Of a stretch of 44,958 bases of DNA, positions 26,160 through 35,280 are shown piece by piece (position 1 is the stretch's first letter; the number at the start of each line of letters is the position of its first letter). Both the position numbers and the translations under genes were made by a program. Source of the stretch: Thermoanaerobaculia bacterium (GTDB lineage: Bacteria > Acidobacteriota > Thermoanaerobaculia > Multivoradales > UBA5704); assembly GCA_044226625.1 (NCBI GenBank), contig JBGAGQ010000056.1:1-44958 (forward strand), given 5' to 3'. The notes under the pieces were generated by a model. It was not told where the DNA came from. It made no database searches and saw only the letters and a list, made by a program, of their open reading frames with translations.

Positions 26160-29054
26160 CTACCGGAGGTCGAGCTCCCAGGAGTTGAGCGTCCCGGTGT
26201 CGGCCGAGGCGAGGTCGCGGACGCGGAGCTTCCAGGCGCCGTTCGTCGCCTTGCCGGTGAAGGCCGACAACGCCTGCGCCGGAGCGGTGAGGTCGGCGTA
26301 GACGGTGTTGATGTTGTCGGTGCCGGCGCCGGTACGGTTGTGGAGCAGGACCGTCGTGTTGTCCGGACCGATCAACGCCACCTCGAGATCGCCCTGATAG
26401 GTGTGGGTGATCGCCACCTTGACCGAGACGCTGGTCACGGTGCCGGTCGCCGGAACGGTGATCGTGTGGGTGATGCCGGTCGTGTTGTTGTCCGGGATCG
26501 CCGTGCCCACGGTCGCCTTGTAGTTGCCGTTGAAGGTGATCTTCCAGCTGTTGAGCGTCCCGGTGTCGGCCGAGGCCAGGTCGCGGACACGCAGCTTCCA
26601 CGCGCCCGAGGTGTTCTTGCCGTTGAACGCGGTGAGCGCCTGGGCGGCCGCTGTGGTGATGCTGTAGGTGGTGTTGATGTTGTCGGTGCCGGCGCCGGTC
26701 CGGTTGTGGAGCAGGACCGTCGTGTTGTCCGGGCCGATCAGCGCGACCTCGAGGTCGCCTTGGTAGGTGTGGGTGATCCCCACCGTGACCGAAACGCTGG
26801 TGATCGTCTGCGACGTCGCGACGTTGATCGTGCTGGTGATGCCGGTCGTGTTGTTGTCCGGAATCGCCAGCGCGGGGGTGGCCGAGGCGGTGATCACGGC
26901 GTTGCCGCCCACCGGGCAGGTGCTCGTGGTCGCCGTCGCCTGGGCCGAGTTACCCGAGGCGCAGGTGCCGTTCGACGCCTGGACGACGTAGAAGTACGGC
27001 GTGTTGCAGGTGAGGCCGGTGTTGCTGAACGAGGTCGTGGCCGAGGTCCCGACCAAGGTGTACGGTCCGCCGCTGGTCCCCGAGCGCAGGACGTTGTATG
27101 AGGTGGCCCCCGCCGAAGCGCTCCAGGACAGGTTGATCTGCGACGTGCTGATCGTCGTCGCGGTCACGCCCGTGGGCGCCGCCGGCGGCGTGCAGGTGTT
27201 GGTGCAGGCGGTGGTCACGAACGCGGTGCAGCCCGCGTTGCAGGAGAGGGTGCCGCCGGTGAAGCCCTGGCTGACGCAGGTCTGGCCGGCGAGGTCGGAG
27301 CCGTCGCAGACCTCCGGCACCTCGCGCAGGTTGTTGCCGCAGACCGGGCTCGTGCCGGCCGGCGCCGAGGTGGCGTAGACGTCGATCGAGTCGGCGGTGC
27401 CGGAGCTCTCGTTCCGGTTGTCGGTGAAGATGCCGAGCACCTGGCTGCCGAGCACGTCGAGACCGTTGTAGTCGCCCCACTGGAAGCTGTCCTCGATGTG
27501 CGGCGAGGTGGCCGTGGTGGCGCGGACCGGCGTGGACCAGGTGTTTCCGCCGTCGGTCGACTTGCTGTAGTAGATGTCGACGCTGGTGCGCGCCGCGTTC
27601 TGCCGCGTGTCGTAGAACATCACGTGCACGGTGCCGTCGGCGCCCACGCCGAGCCACTGGTGGAAGCGGTCGACGGTGCTGGCGTCGGCGGTCTCGTGCG
27701 GCGTGCGCAACGTCCAGGTCGCGCCGCCGTCGGAGGAGTAGGCGACGCGGATCCGCCCGTGGTTGTTCGCCGCGGTGGTCGACTCCGCCGCCGTCGTGTC
27801 GGTCCAGGCGACGTAGATGCGGTTGGCGAACGCCCCGTTCGTCAGGTCGGTGTCGGCCGACACGTACTGGAACGCGCGCCGGGTCTCCATCGCCGGGATG
27901 TTGAAGTCGTAGCCGTCCTGGTTGGTCGCGACCGTCACCGCGGCCGCGAAGGTGGCGCCGCCGTCGGTCGACTTGCGTACCAGGGTGGTCTTGCCCGTCA
28001 CCGTCGGCCAGAAGTAATAGACGTTGCCGTTCTTGTCGGTGGTGATGTCGCTGCCGATGCCTTCCTGGGCGGCACCCGACGACATCGAGACCGGCGCGCT
28101 CCAGGTGTTGCCGAAATCGGTCGAGCGCGAGAACTTGAGCACGTTGTTGTCGTGCCAAGTCATGTAGAGGTTGTCTTTGCGCGGCGAGGTCGCGAACTTG
28201 TCGACGTGGAGGAACTCCTTGTCCGAGATCGCGCCCGAGGTGAGCTCACGCCGGGGGTCGCCGGGGGTCACGGTCTGAAGATCGGTCCAGGTCGCGCCGC
28301 CGTCCGCCGAGCGATAGACCCACACGTCGCACGCCGAGGCGCCGCAACCGCCGAGCGTCGCCGCGTAGGCCTTGGTGCCGTCGGCCGAATACTCGATCGT
28401 CGGATCGCAGCAGGTGCTGCCGAGCGGCAAGGCCGCCGCCTGCGTCCAGGTGCTGCCGCCGTTGGTCGAGAAGTGCATCAGCTGGCCCGAGCCTGGGCCG
28501 TTCGAGCCGGCGATCACCTTGTTGGCGTCGAGCGGATGGATCTTGATCGACGACTCGGCGCCGCCGGTCGGCGAGGTGACCCGAACGTTGCCCGAGAGGG
28601 CGCGCAGCGGATCGTCCTCGTCGACGCCCTTCGGCCGGTTCGGCAACACGACGAAAGCGCCGTCGCGGATCGTCGCGCGCTCGTAGAATTTTCCGTCGAT
28701 CTGATAGCCGCGATGGAGGAGGTAGAACACCTGCAGCGCGCTCCTCGGATACTGCCCCTCTCCCGTGCGGCGAAGGCCCGGGTTCGCGCGGCGCATCTGG
28801 ACCCGGAAGAACGCCGGGATCGGATCCCGCTGCTCGATCTCGTTCGGCGCGAGCAGGGCCAGATCCTTGCGGGTCAGGGCGTAGTTGCGATCGTCCCACG
28901 GGCCGATCAGGGTGAGCTTGCCGTAGTCCACCCGAGGATCGACGCCTTTGGCGGCCTCGATGTGGAGCGGTACGACGGGTGACCTGGGCGTCGCGGCGAG
29001 CGCCGGCAGGGCGAGGGACAGAACTGCCATCGAAAACCAGAGGAGCTTCTTCAA
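26160..29054 (-). CDS. Secreted Asp-box propeller protein with Cys-rich repeat, FN3 and two proprotein-convertase P domains
   Basis: AAGGAG RBS and TTG start. Asp boxes, CGNNLREVPEVCDG, PAAPTG..A..S..QI.LSW...Y FN3, and two copies of IPDNNTTGI...ITHTYQGDL...GAWKLRVRD.ASADTGTLNSW. Confidence 0.88.
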   Translation of the reverse strand: MKKLLWFSMAVLSLALPALAATPRSPVVPLHIEAAKGVDPRVDYGKLTLIGPWDDRNYALTRKDLALLAPNEIEQRDPIPAFFRVQMRRANPGLRRTGEGQYPRSALQVFYLLHRGYQIDGKFYERATIRDGAFVVLPNRPKGVDEDDPLRALSGNVRVTSPTGGAESSIKIHPLDANKVIAGSNGPGSGQLMHFSTNGGSTWTQAAALPLGSTCCDPTIEYSADGTKAYAATLGGCGASACDVWVYRSADGGATWTDLQTVTPGDPRRELTSGAISDKEFLHVDKFATSPRKDNLYMTWHDNNVLKFSRSTDFGNTWSAPVSMSSGAAQEGIGSDITTDKNGNVYYFWPTVTGKTTLVRKSTDGGATFAAAVTVATNQDGYDFNIPAMETRRAFQYVSADTDLTNGAFANRIYVAWTDTTAAESTTAANNHGRIRVAYSSDGGATWTLRTPHETADASTVDRFHQWLGVGADGTVHVMFYDTRQNAARTSVDIYYSKSTDGGNTWSTPVRATTATSPHIEDSFQWGDYNGLDVLGSQVLGIFTDNRNESSGTADSIDVYATSAPAGTSPVCGNNLREVPEVCDGSDLAGQTCVSQGFTGGTLSCNAGCTAFVTTACTNTCTPPAAPTGVTATTISTSQINLSWSASAGATSYNVLRSGTSGGPYTLVGTSATTSFSNTGLTCNTPYFYVVQASNGTCASGNSAQATATTSTCPVGGNAVITASATPALAIPDNNTTGITSTINVATSQTITSVSVTVGITHTYQGDLEVALIGPDNTTVLLHNRTGAGTDNINTTYSITTAAAQALTAFNGKNTSGAWKLRVRDLASADTGTLNSWKITFNGNYKATVGTAIPDNNTTGITHTITVPATGTVTSVSVKVAITHTYQGDLEVALIGPDNTTVLLHNRTGAGTDNINTVYADLTAPAQALSAFTGKATNGAWKLRVRDLASADTGTLNSWELDLR
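26176..26870 (-). repeat. Intragenic duplication of the P domain (366-bp offset)
   Basis: For example ccaggagttgagcgtcccggtgtcggccgagg at 26178 versus ccagctgttgagcgtcccggtgtcggccgagg at 26544. Confidence 0.9.
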
Positions 29055-29291
29055 GAGCCTCTCCTTGAATGGGCCCGAAGGCCGAAGGGTAAAGGGCGCC
29101 GGACGCAGTCCTCACGCAAGGACCGACCGGCGGCCGTCAGAAGGCGCGGAGAAGGGGGACCTCTCCCAAAGTTGTAGGCCGGCTGCGGGCCGGCGAAAGC
29201 GATTGCTACTTGTGGGAGTGCACGAGCGAGGGCAAAGCGGGTCGCCTCGACGAAAAGAAGGCGAAAAGGGGAGCGAGGGAGCGCAAAAATG

Positions 29292-29321
29292 AAAAGGGCG
29301 GCCCCCCGAAGGGAGCCGCCC
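29292..29321 (-). terminator. Intrinsic terminator of the peptidase gene
   Basis: aaaa-gggcggccccc-cgaa-gggagccgccc on the plus strand, which is a hairpin followed by TTTT on the minus strand. Confidence 0.75.
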
Positions 29322-29351
29322 GGGCGAAACGGGCCTACGAAACGCCTTGAA

Positions 29352-31724
29352 TCAGGCGTTCACGTTCCGGCGCCGGAGCAGGAAGGCTCCGAGGCCGGCG
29401 AGGAGGGCGAAGAGGATGGCGAAGCCGACGCCCGACATCGTCGGGATGTCGATCGCCGAGCCGCCGACCAGGAAGGCCGTCGGGTTCGTCGAGCCGGTCG
29501 CCGCCGGATCGTCGGTGATCGCCGTGGCCTCGTTCGAGCCGTTGCCATCGGCGTCGTAGGAGACCGTGCCCTGGTTGCTGATCTGCGTGCCGTGGGTACC
29601 CGGTCGGATCGTCGCGGTGATCGTGATCGTCACCGAGCTGGAGGCGGCGATCGCGCCGTCCCATGTCACGGTGTTGGTTCCGATCGTGGCGACCGCCGAG
29701 CCCGAGGATGCCGTCGCCGAGACGAGCGCGAGGCTCGCCGGCAGGACGTCGGTAAACTCAGCGCCGGGGTTGTCGGCCTGCGCGCCCGGACCGCCGTTGG
29801 ACAGGGTGATGGTGTAGGTGACGGTGCCGCCCTCTTCGAAGGTACCGGCGACCGCCTTCGTCGCGCTGATGCCGGAGGGCGAGATGATCGTCGTCTGCTC
29901 GGCGACCGTGTTGTTGGCGCTGTCCGGATCGAGCATCGGGTTCGGTACGATGATCGCCGCGGTGTTGGTGACCACCCCGGGGGTGAATCCCGCGGTGACC
30001 GTGACGGTGATCGCCGGAGCCGCGCCGGTGGGGAAGTCCGGTCCGGCGACCGCGAGGCGGAAGCAGGTGACGACGCCCCCCGCCTCGGTGCAGTTCCAGC
30101 CGGTGCCGGTGGCGGAGACGTAGGTCGAGCCGGCCGGCAGCGTGCTGGTGACGGTGAGCGGGCGATCGGTGCCCGAACCGCCGTTGGTGGCGGTGATCGT
30201 GTAGGAGTAGTTGCTGCCGGCGAGCACCGGATCGGCCGAGTCGGTTTGCGTGACCGAACCGTCCAGCTTGAACCAGCCGATGTCCTGGAAATGCTCGAAG
30301 GTCAGGTCGACATCGTTCGTCGGCGGATTCAGGTCGGAGTTGATCGCCGGCTCCATCAGGCTGTTCGGGAAGTGCGAGGCATCCCAGTGCGAGATCGACG
30401 AGCCGGTGACGACCGGGTTGAGCGCCGCGAGCAGGGCGTGGTTCGAGTTGTCGGCGCCCGCGCGTTGGGTGAGGTCGAGGCGCAAGGTCGCATTCAGGGT
30501 GGCGATGTTCGCCTTGAGGGTGTTGCCGTCCATCAGGCTGATGCGCCCGGAGGGAATGGTGATGGTGGGGTCGGTGCCGCCGAGGCCGGCCGGCGGACAG
30601 CCGGCAGTGTTGTCCGCGACGATGACCGCCGTGGCGCCGGCGAGCTGCGCGTTCATCACCTTGATCGTGAAGCCACAGGTGCCACGATCGACGAGCGCGA
30701 TGTTGCCGGCGATCGCGGCGGCGTTGGTGAGCGCCGAGCAGGCGTCGTTGACGCTCGGTCCGGCGGCATCCGACGGATCGACTGCGAGAACGACGTTACC
30801 GGTGACGCCGCCCGCCGTGAGCGCCGGCCCGAACGCCGCCGCGCCGAGCTGGTAGTCACCCACGATCGCGCCCGGGGCGTTGACGTGAACGAACGGCGCC
30901 CCCTGCTGGAGCGCGCCGGCCGCCACCGCCGAGGTCACGTGCGAGCCGTTCCAGACGATCTTGCCGCAGCGGATCGCCGAAGCCTGGATCGCCGCGTCGT
31001 TGGCGTTGGTCGGGTTGATCTGCGCCCAGGTCTGGTTGAGCGTGTTGTCGAGCGTGAACTGCGAGTAGACGTCGGTCTGGAACGGCGGGCCGGCGTTGGC
31101 GCCGGTCGTCTCGGTGACGAAGTTCGCGAAACCGAGGCCGTGGCCGAACTCGTGGAGCAGCACGGTCACCAGGTCGATGTTCGTGCCGTGCATGGCGTCG
31201 AAGCCGTAGTACCAGCCGGTGCCGCCGAGGCAGGCCACGGAGCCGTTCAGGTTGCTGTTGAAGCGGGCGATGATGTCGTCGGCGTTCGAGTTGGTCGGCC
31301 CCGGCGCGAGGTCGGTGCCCGCGAGCTTGTTGGCGAGCGAGACCGCGTACCAGGTGGCAGGGAAGTCCGAGCCGGTGAAGTCGGAGAAGATCTGGATCGC
31401 GCCGGCCGAGCCGAGCGTCGCCGAGGTCGCCGTGCAGGTGAGGGGGTCGAACGTCGCTTGGATGAAGATCGTCTGATCGGAGTCGATCAGGCTGCCCCAC
31501 AGGTCGGCCGCGAACTGGAACGCGTTCAAGCGCTGCTGGCCGACGGTGGTGCCGGTATTGCCGCCCACCGGAGCGGCGGCGGTCGGGTCGTTGAACCCTT
31601 CGCCCGCGCCGTCGTTGTTGACGATCACGAACGTGGTGGCGCCGGCCGGAGCGAAGCTCGCCGCCAAGGTGACGAGGCCGAGGAGGGTGAGGAGGGAGAG
31701 CCCGCGAAGGAAGTTCGTGCGCAT
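29352..31724 (-). CDS. Secreted zinc metallopeptidase with PA domain, two DUF11-like domains and IPTL-CTERM-type anchor
   Basis: HEFGHGLG, GNIALVDRGTCGF..K..AQ.AGA.AVIV (PA domain), SISHWD...LMEP, Y.ITA.N.G and PD.ANNT, and terminal IPTMSGVG followed by a TM helix and RRR. Confidence 0.88.
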   Translation of the reverse strand: MRTNFLRGLSLLTLLGLVTLAASFAPAGATTFVIVNNDGAGEGFNDPTAAAPVGGNTGTTVGQQRLNAFQFAADLWGSLIDSDQTIFIQATFDPLTCTATSATLGSAGAIQIFSDFTGSDFPATWYAVSLANKLAGTDLAPGPTNSNADDIIARFNSNLNGSVACLGGTGWYYGFDAMHGTNIDLVTVLLHEFGHGLGFANFVTETTGANAGPPFQTDVYSQFTLDNTLNQTWAQINPTNANDAAIQASAIRCGKIVWNGSHVTSAVAAGALQQGAPFVHVNAPGAIVGDYQLGAAAFGPALTAGGVTGNVVLAVDPSDAAGPSVNDACSALTNAAAIAGNIALVDRGTCGFTIKVMNAQLAGATAVIVADNTAGCPPAGLGGTDPTITIPSGRISLMDGNTLKANIATLNATLRLDLTQRAGADNSNHALLAALNPVVTGSSISHWDASHFPNSLMEPAINSDLNPPTNDVDLTFEHFQDIGWFKLDGSVTQTDSADPVLAGSNYSYTITATNGGSGTDRPLTVTSTLPAGSTYVSATGTGWNCTEAGGVVTCFRLAVAGPDFPTGAAPAITVTVTAGFTPGVVTNTAAIIVPNPMLDPDSANNTVAEQTTIISPSGISATKAVAGTFEEGGTVTYTITLSNGGPGAQADNPGAEFTDVLPASLALVSATASSGSAVATIGTNTVTWDGAIAASSSVTITITATIRPGTHGTQISNQGTVSYDADGNGSNEATAITDDPAATGSTNPTAFLVGGSAIDIPTMSGVGFAILFALLAGLGAFLLRRRNVNA

Positions 31725-31728
31725 CGGG

Positions 31729-32229
31729 CTACTCCGTTTCCAGTCCGTTGAGCATCGGTACCTGGCGCGGCGCCTTGAACAGCGCGGAGGCCGCTTCGTC
31801 GGGCGTTTCGGCGCAGGTCATGTGCTGCTTGCCGTTGGCGTCCAAGGTCACGATCGAAACGCTCTGGAAGCGCCCCTGGAGATCGAGGCTCTTCATTCCG
31901 TTCGGGTAGGTCCGGCCAACCAGGCCGGCGGTCGATTCGACGACCAGCTGCGACATCTGGGCGCGGATCGCGGCCATCTGCTCGGGCGTCGGGCGGTCGG
32001 TGATCTTGCCGGTCTCGGGATCGAGGAAGACCCAGAGTCCGGGCGCGACCTCGCCCAGGGCGGAGTTCAACTCGGGCGTTGCGGCCGGAGCGGTGGCGGC
32101 GGCGTCGGCGGTCACGATCGTCGCGTCGGCGGCTCGGGCGCCGTGGGGAGCGAGCCCCAGGCACACCCAGGCCACCGCCGTGACGACGAGGATCGCTCGC
32201 CGCGACAGGGTGGAAAAATCTTGCATCAT
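31729..32229 (-). CDS. Small secreted protein, post-PEP-CTERM-1-like domain
   Basis: Signal peptide, GL.VFLDPETGK...PT, G.V....NG...LDLQGRFQS, and DANGK...TC. Stop lies 4 bp before the peptidase start. Confidence 0.75.
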   Translation of the reverse strand: MMQDFSTLSRRAILVVTAVAWVCLGLAPHGARAADATIVTADAAATAPAATPELNSALGEVAPGLWVFLDPETGKITDRPTPEQMAAIRAQMSQLVVESTAGLVGRTYPNGMKSLDLQGRFQSVSIVTLDANGKQHMTCAETPDEAASALFKAPRQVPMLNGLETE

Positions 32230-32425
32230 CGGCCTCCAAAGGCGGGAAGAAGTGGGACGGCTTAGCGGCTTTGAGGTATCGCCGCGAATTGAAGAAATGC
32301 GAGGTCTCGTTTCTACCCCATTCTCTTCCGCGGTTCAAGGGAGCTTTCGCCAAAGCGTCTTGGCCCCGTTCGCGTGCGGTCTGCGCCTCTCCTGCCGCTG
32401 GATCTTTCCGAGGAGAGGAGACGTC

Positions 32426-33826
32426 ATGAGTATTCGCTTTTCACCGGTTGCCGGGATCGCCGTCGCCGCCGCGCTCGCCGCGGCACAGCCCGGGGGGGCG
32501 CAGACGTGGGATCAGGCCTACGGCAACCTTGCCAACACCGGTTTCGTCAACGTCACGACCAACCTGCCCGTCGCGGCTCGCTGGGCCTATCTGCTCGACG
32601 GACCCGTTAGTGCCGGAGGGCCCGCGGTCGCTCCCGACGGCACGATCTACCTGGGCACGGCGAACGGTTCGCTTTGGGGTTTCCGGCCCGAAGGCTCGCC
32701 CCGTTGCACGATCAACTTCAAGGCCTCGCAGATCGTCTCGACGCCGGCGATCCTGCCGGGAGGTGACGTCGCGTTTCTCGTCCAACACCCGGACGGCGCC
32801 CAATGGCAGGGCGACCTGGTTCGGCTCACGGCCGACTGCGCGGTCGTTTGGCAGGTCCCCCTGCCGCGTTGGAAGCCGGACGTACCGAGCGTCTCGTCGT
32901 CCTCGGTAAAGGTCTGGAGCTTCCGCGGCGAGCCGTTCCTGTTCGTCCATGCCCGCTATTCGAATTCCGAGGTGAGCGTCATTCGCCCGGGTTACGACAC
33001 CTTCAACGAGCTGCTGGTCTTCGACCGGAACGGCGCGATCTTCGCCCGGCATCCCGTGGGCGCCGGTTGCATCCAGGTCCACGGCGGCGGCGGGTTGGCT
33101 TCGGACATCTGGGACTGGGTCACCAGCTGGTGGCCCACCGTGGGAACCGTGCCGCCTCTCTATGAGACCTACGGCTGGCCGGATTCGACGCCGGCGATCC
33201 TCGACTCGTTCCTGCGCGACTACGCGACCGCCGACAGCCCGTTGGTGGCGGTCACCGACGCTTCGAAGACGTGCTACGCGGAGCTGCGAGCCCTCCAGTT
33301 CTTTCCCACGGCTCCGAAACCCGAGGATCGACTCGTCGAGCGGTGGGCCAAGACCTTGAGCACGGAAGGTATTTTCCTCTCGAGCCCCGCGATCACCGCC
33401 GACGGCCGGGTCGCGATCGGTACCAGCAACCACCTCCTGAAGGTCCTCGATCTGCCGACCCGTACCCAGGCCTGGCAGAAAGACGTCAAGGAGGCGATGA
33501 TGCATCCTCCCGCGATCTCGCCCGACGTCTGGATCGCCGGCTCCGATTACCACATCCACCTGTTCAAGCCGTCGGGCGGGTTGATCGCGACCGGCCGGCC
33601 CAATCCCTCGACCGTCGACTCCCTGGCGAGCGCTCTCGCGACCAGCTTGAACGAGGTCGTCATCCCGAACCACGACGAGCTGTCGATCTGGAGCCACGAC
33701 CTGTACAGCCAGACGCACGCCTCGACCAACCAGGTCTTCCGCACCTCGCACACGGCCTTGAATGCCGACGGCACCCTCTATGCGATCGCCCAGACGGTCG
33801 AAAAGTCCGTCTTGATCGCCTATTAG
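32426..33826 (+). CDS. Secreted PQQ-like beta-propeller repeat protein
   Basis: GAGGAG RBS, signal peptide, W.Q..GN.ANTG, and repeated PAVAPDGTIYLGT / SSPAITADG. Confidence 0.8.
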   Translation: MSIRFSPVAGIAVAAALAAAQPGGAQTWDQAYGNLANTGFVNVTTNLPVAARWAYLLDGPVSAGGPAVAPDGTIYLGTANGSLWGFRPEGSPRCTINFKASQIVSTPAILPGGDVAFLVQHPDGAQWQGDLVRLTADCAVVWQVPLPRWKPDVPSVSSSSVKVWSFRGEPFLFVHARYSNSEVSVIRPGYDTFNELLVFDRNGAIFARHPVGAGCIQVHGGGGLASDIWDWVTSWWPTVGTVPPLYETYGWPDSTPAILDSFLRDYATADSPLVAVTDASKTCYAELRALQFFPTAPKPEDRLVERWAKTLSTEGIFLSSPAITADGRVAIGTSNHLLKVLDLPTRTQAWQKDVKEAMMHPPAISPDVWIAGSDYHIHLFKPSGGLIATGRPNPSTVDSLASALATSLNEVVIPNHDELSIWSHDLYSQTHASTNQVFRTSHTALNADGTLYAIAQTVEKSVLIAY

Positions 33827-33843
33827 GGATCGTCGACGAGGCC

Positions 33844-35223
33844 ATGAAAGACAACGTCATGAATTCCCGCAAGAAGCTCTCCGTCGGCCTTCCGGCGCTC
33901 GCCGTCCTCTGCCTCCTCGCTCTTTCCGTTTCGGCGGCCGAGGCGGCCACGTACACCGTCAAGAACCTTTTTGACAGCTTCGCCCTGGGCGACGGCTGCT
34001 CGCTCCGCGAGGCGATCGCGGCCCACAACGGCAACGGGGGCGGCAACAACGAATGCGGCGTCTTCGACCCCGCGGACGACAAGATCGTCTTCCTGTCGAG
34101 CCTCTCGGGCACCCTTCGGCTCAACCCGGCGCTCGGCGAGCTGGTGATCCGCCAGCCCTCGGTCGTGATCCAGGGGCCGGGAGCCGCCAAGGTCTCGATC
34201 AGCGCCTCCAAAGTGATGTCGGTCCTGGTGCTCGACCAGCTCGCGCCGCCGCCCTTATTTACCGTGCGCGGGCTGACGATCCGAGACGGGCTCGGCAAGG
34301 CGGCGCAGGGAGGCTTCAACGACCAAGGGGGCGGCATCCGCATGGAGGTCGGTGGGGCGGTCCCCGCGCAGCCTTCCTCGATCTTGCTGGAAGACGTGGT
34401 CCTGTTCGCCAACGCGGCGGCGTTCACCGGCAACTCGCGCGGCGCGGCGATCCAGTCCTACGGCGACCTGGTGATGCGCCGCTGCAAGGTCCTTTTCAAC
34501 CAGTCCGATCTCGGCGCGATTTGGCACGACGGCACCGCGTTGATCGAAAACTCCGAGCTCTCGGACAACGCGGCGAGCTTCGTCGCGGGCGCCGTCGTCT
34601 TCGCGAGCAACGGGCCCTGGACCGTGCGCGGCAGTCTGTTTCGTGGCAATTCGGCGGCCTCGAACGGCTTCACCGGAATCGTCTTCCTCTCGAACACCGG
34701 CAAGGGCTTGGTCGAGAACAGCACGTTCGTCGGCAACTTCTCCGACACGGGGGGAGTGATCAGCACCCAGAGCCCCGTAACGGTGCGCAATTCGACCTTC
34801 TACGGCAACTTTTTTACCGGTCCGGTTTCGGACGCGGTGATCGGCGCCAGCGCCTCGGTGCTCACCCTCTCCTCGAATCTGTTCGGCAAACACGAGATGC
34901 GCGACGTCTCGGCCTGGGTACCCGGCGGGGCGACGGTGATCGCGACGCGAAACCTGTTCGACACCGCGCAGGCGGCCTTGCCGGCCGGAGTGCTCTGCGC
35001 TCCTACCACGGCCGGAGGCAAGAACCTCTGCGGGGTCCTCGTGCCGGGCGTCGCCGGCCTCGCGAACAACGGCGGACCGACGATGACGATGGCGCTGCTG
35101 TCGGGCAGCCCGGCCCTCGACGCGGGGGAGAACCTGGGTGGCCTCCTCACCGATCAACGCGGAACCGGCTTCCCACGGGAGATCGGCGCGGCGGCCGACA
35201 TCGGGGCGTACGAGGCGCCGTAG
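33844..35223 (+). CDS. Secreted CSLREA-domain beta-helix protein with choice-of-anchor Q C-terminus
   Basis: GCSLREAI, GGGI / NSTF.GN repeats, and LANNGGPT.T.ALL.GSPALDAG...DQRG..R....DIGAYE. Confidence 0.88.
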   Translation: MKDNVMNSRKKLSVGLPALAVLCLLALSVSAAEAATYTVKNLFDSFALGDGCSLREAIAAHNGNGGGNNECGVFDPADDKIVFLSSLSGTLRLNPALGELVIRQPSVVIQGPGAAKVSISASKVMSVLVLDQLAPPPLFTVRGLTIRDGLGKAAQGGFNDQGGGIRMEVGGAVPAQPSSILLEDVVLFANAAAFTGNSRGAAIQSYGDLVMRRCKVLFNQSDLGAIWHDGTALIENSELSDNAASFVAGAVVFASNGPWTVRGSLFRGNSAASNGFTGIVFLSNTGKGLVENSTFVGNFSDTGGVISTQSPVTVRNSTFYGNFFTGPVSDAVIGASASVLTLSSNLFGKHEMRDVSAWVPGGATVIATRNLFDTAQAALPAGVLCAPTTAGGKNLCGVLVPGVAGLANNGGPTMTMALLSGSPALDAGENLGGLLTDQRGTGFPREIGAAADIGAYEAP

Positions 35224-35249
35224 GGCCTCTCGCTCCTTGGGGATCGGGC

Positions 35250-35275
35250 GGCGGGAGACGCCAGCGTCTCCCGCC
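35250..35275. terminator. Hairpin between convergent genes
   Basis: ggcgggagacgc-ca-gcgtctcccgcc. Confidence 0.6.
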
Positions 35276-35280
35276 GGCTT

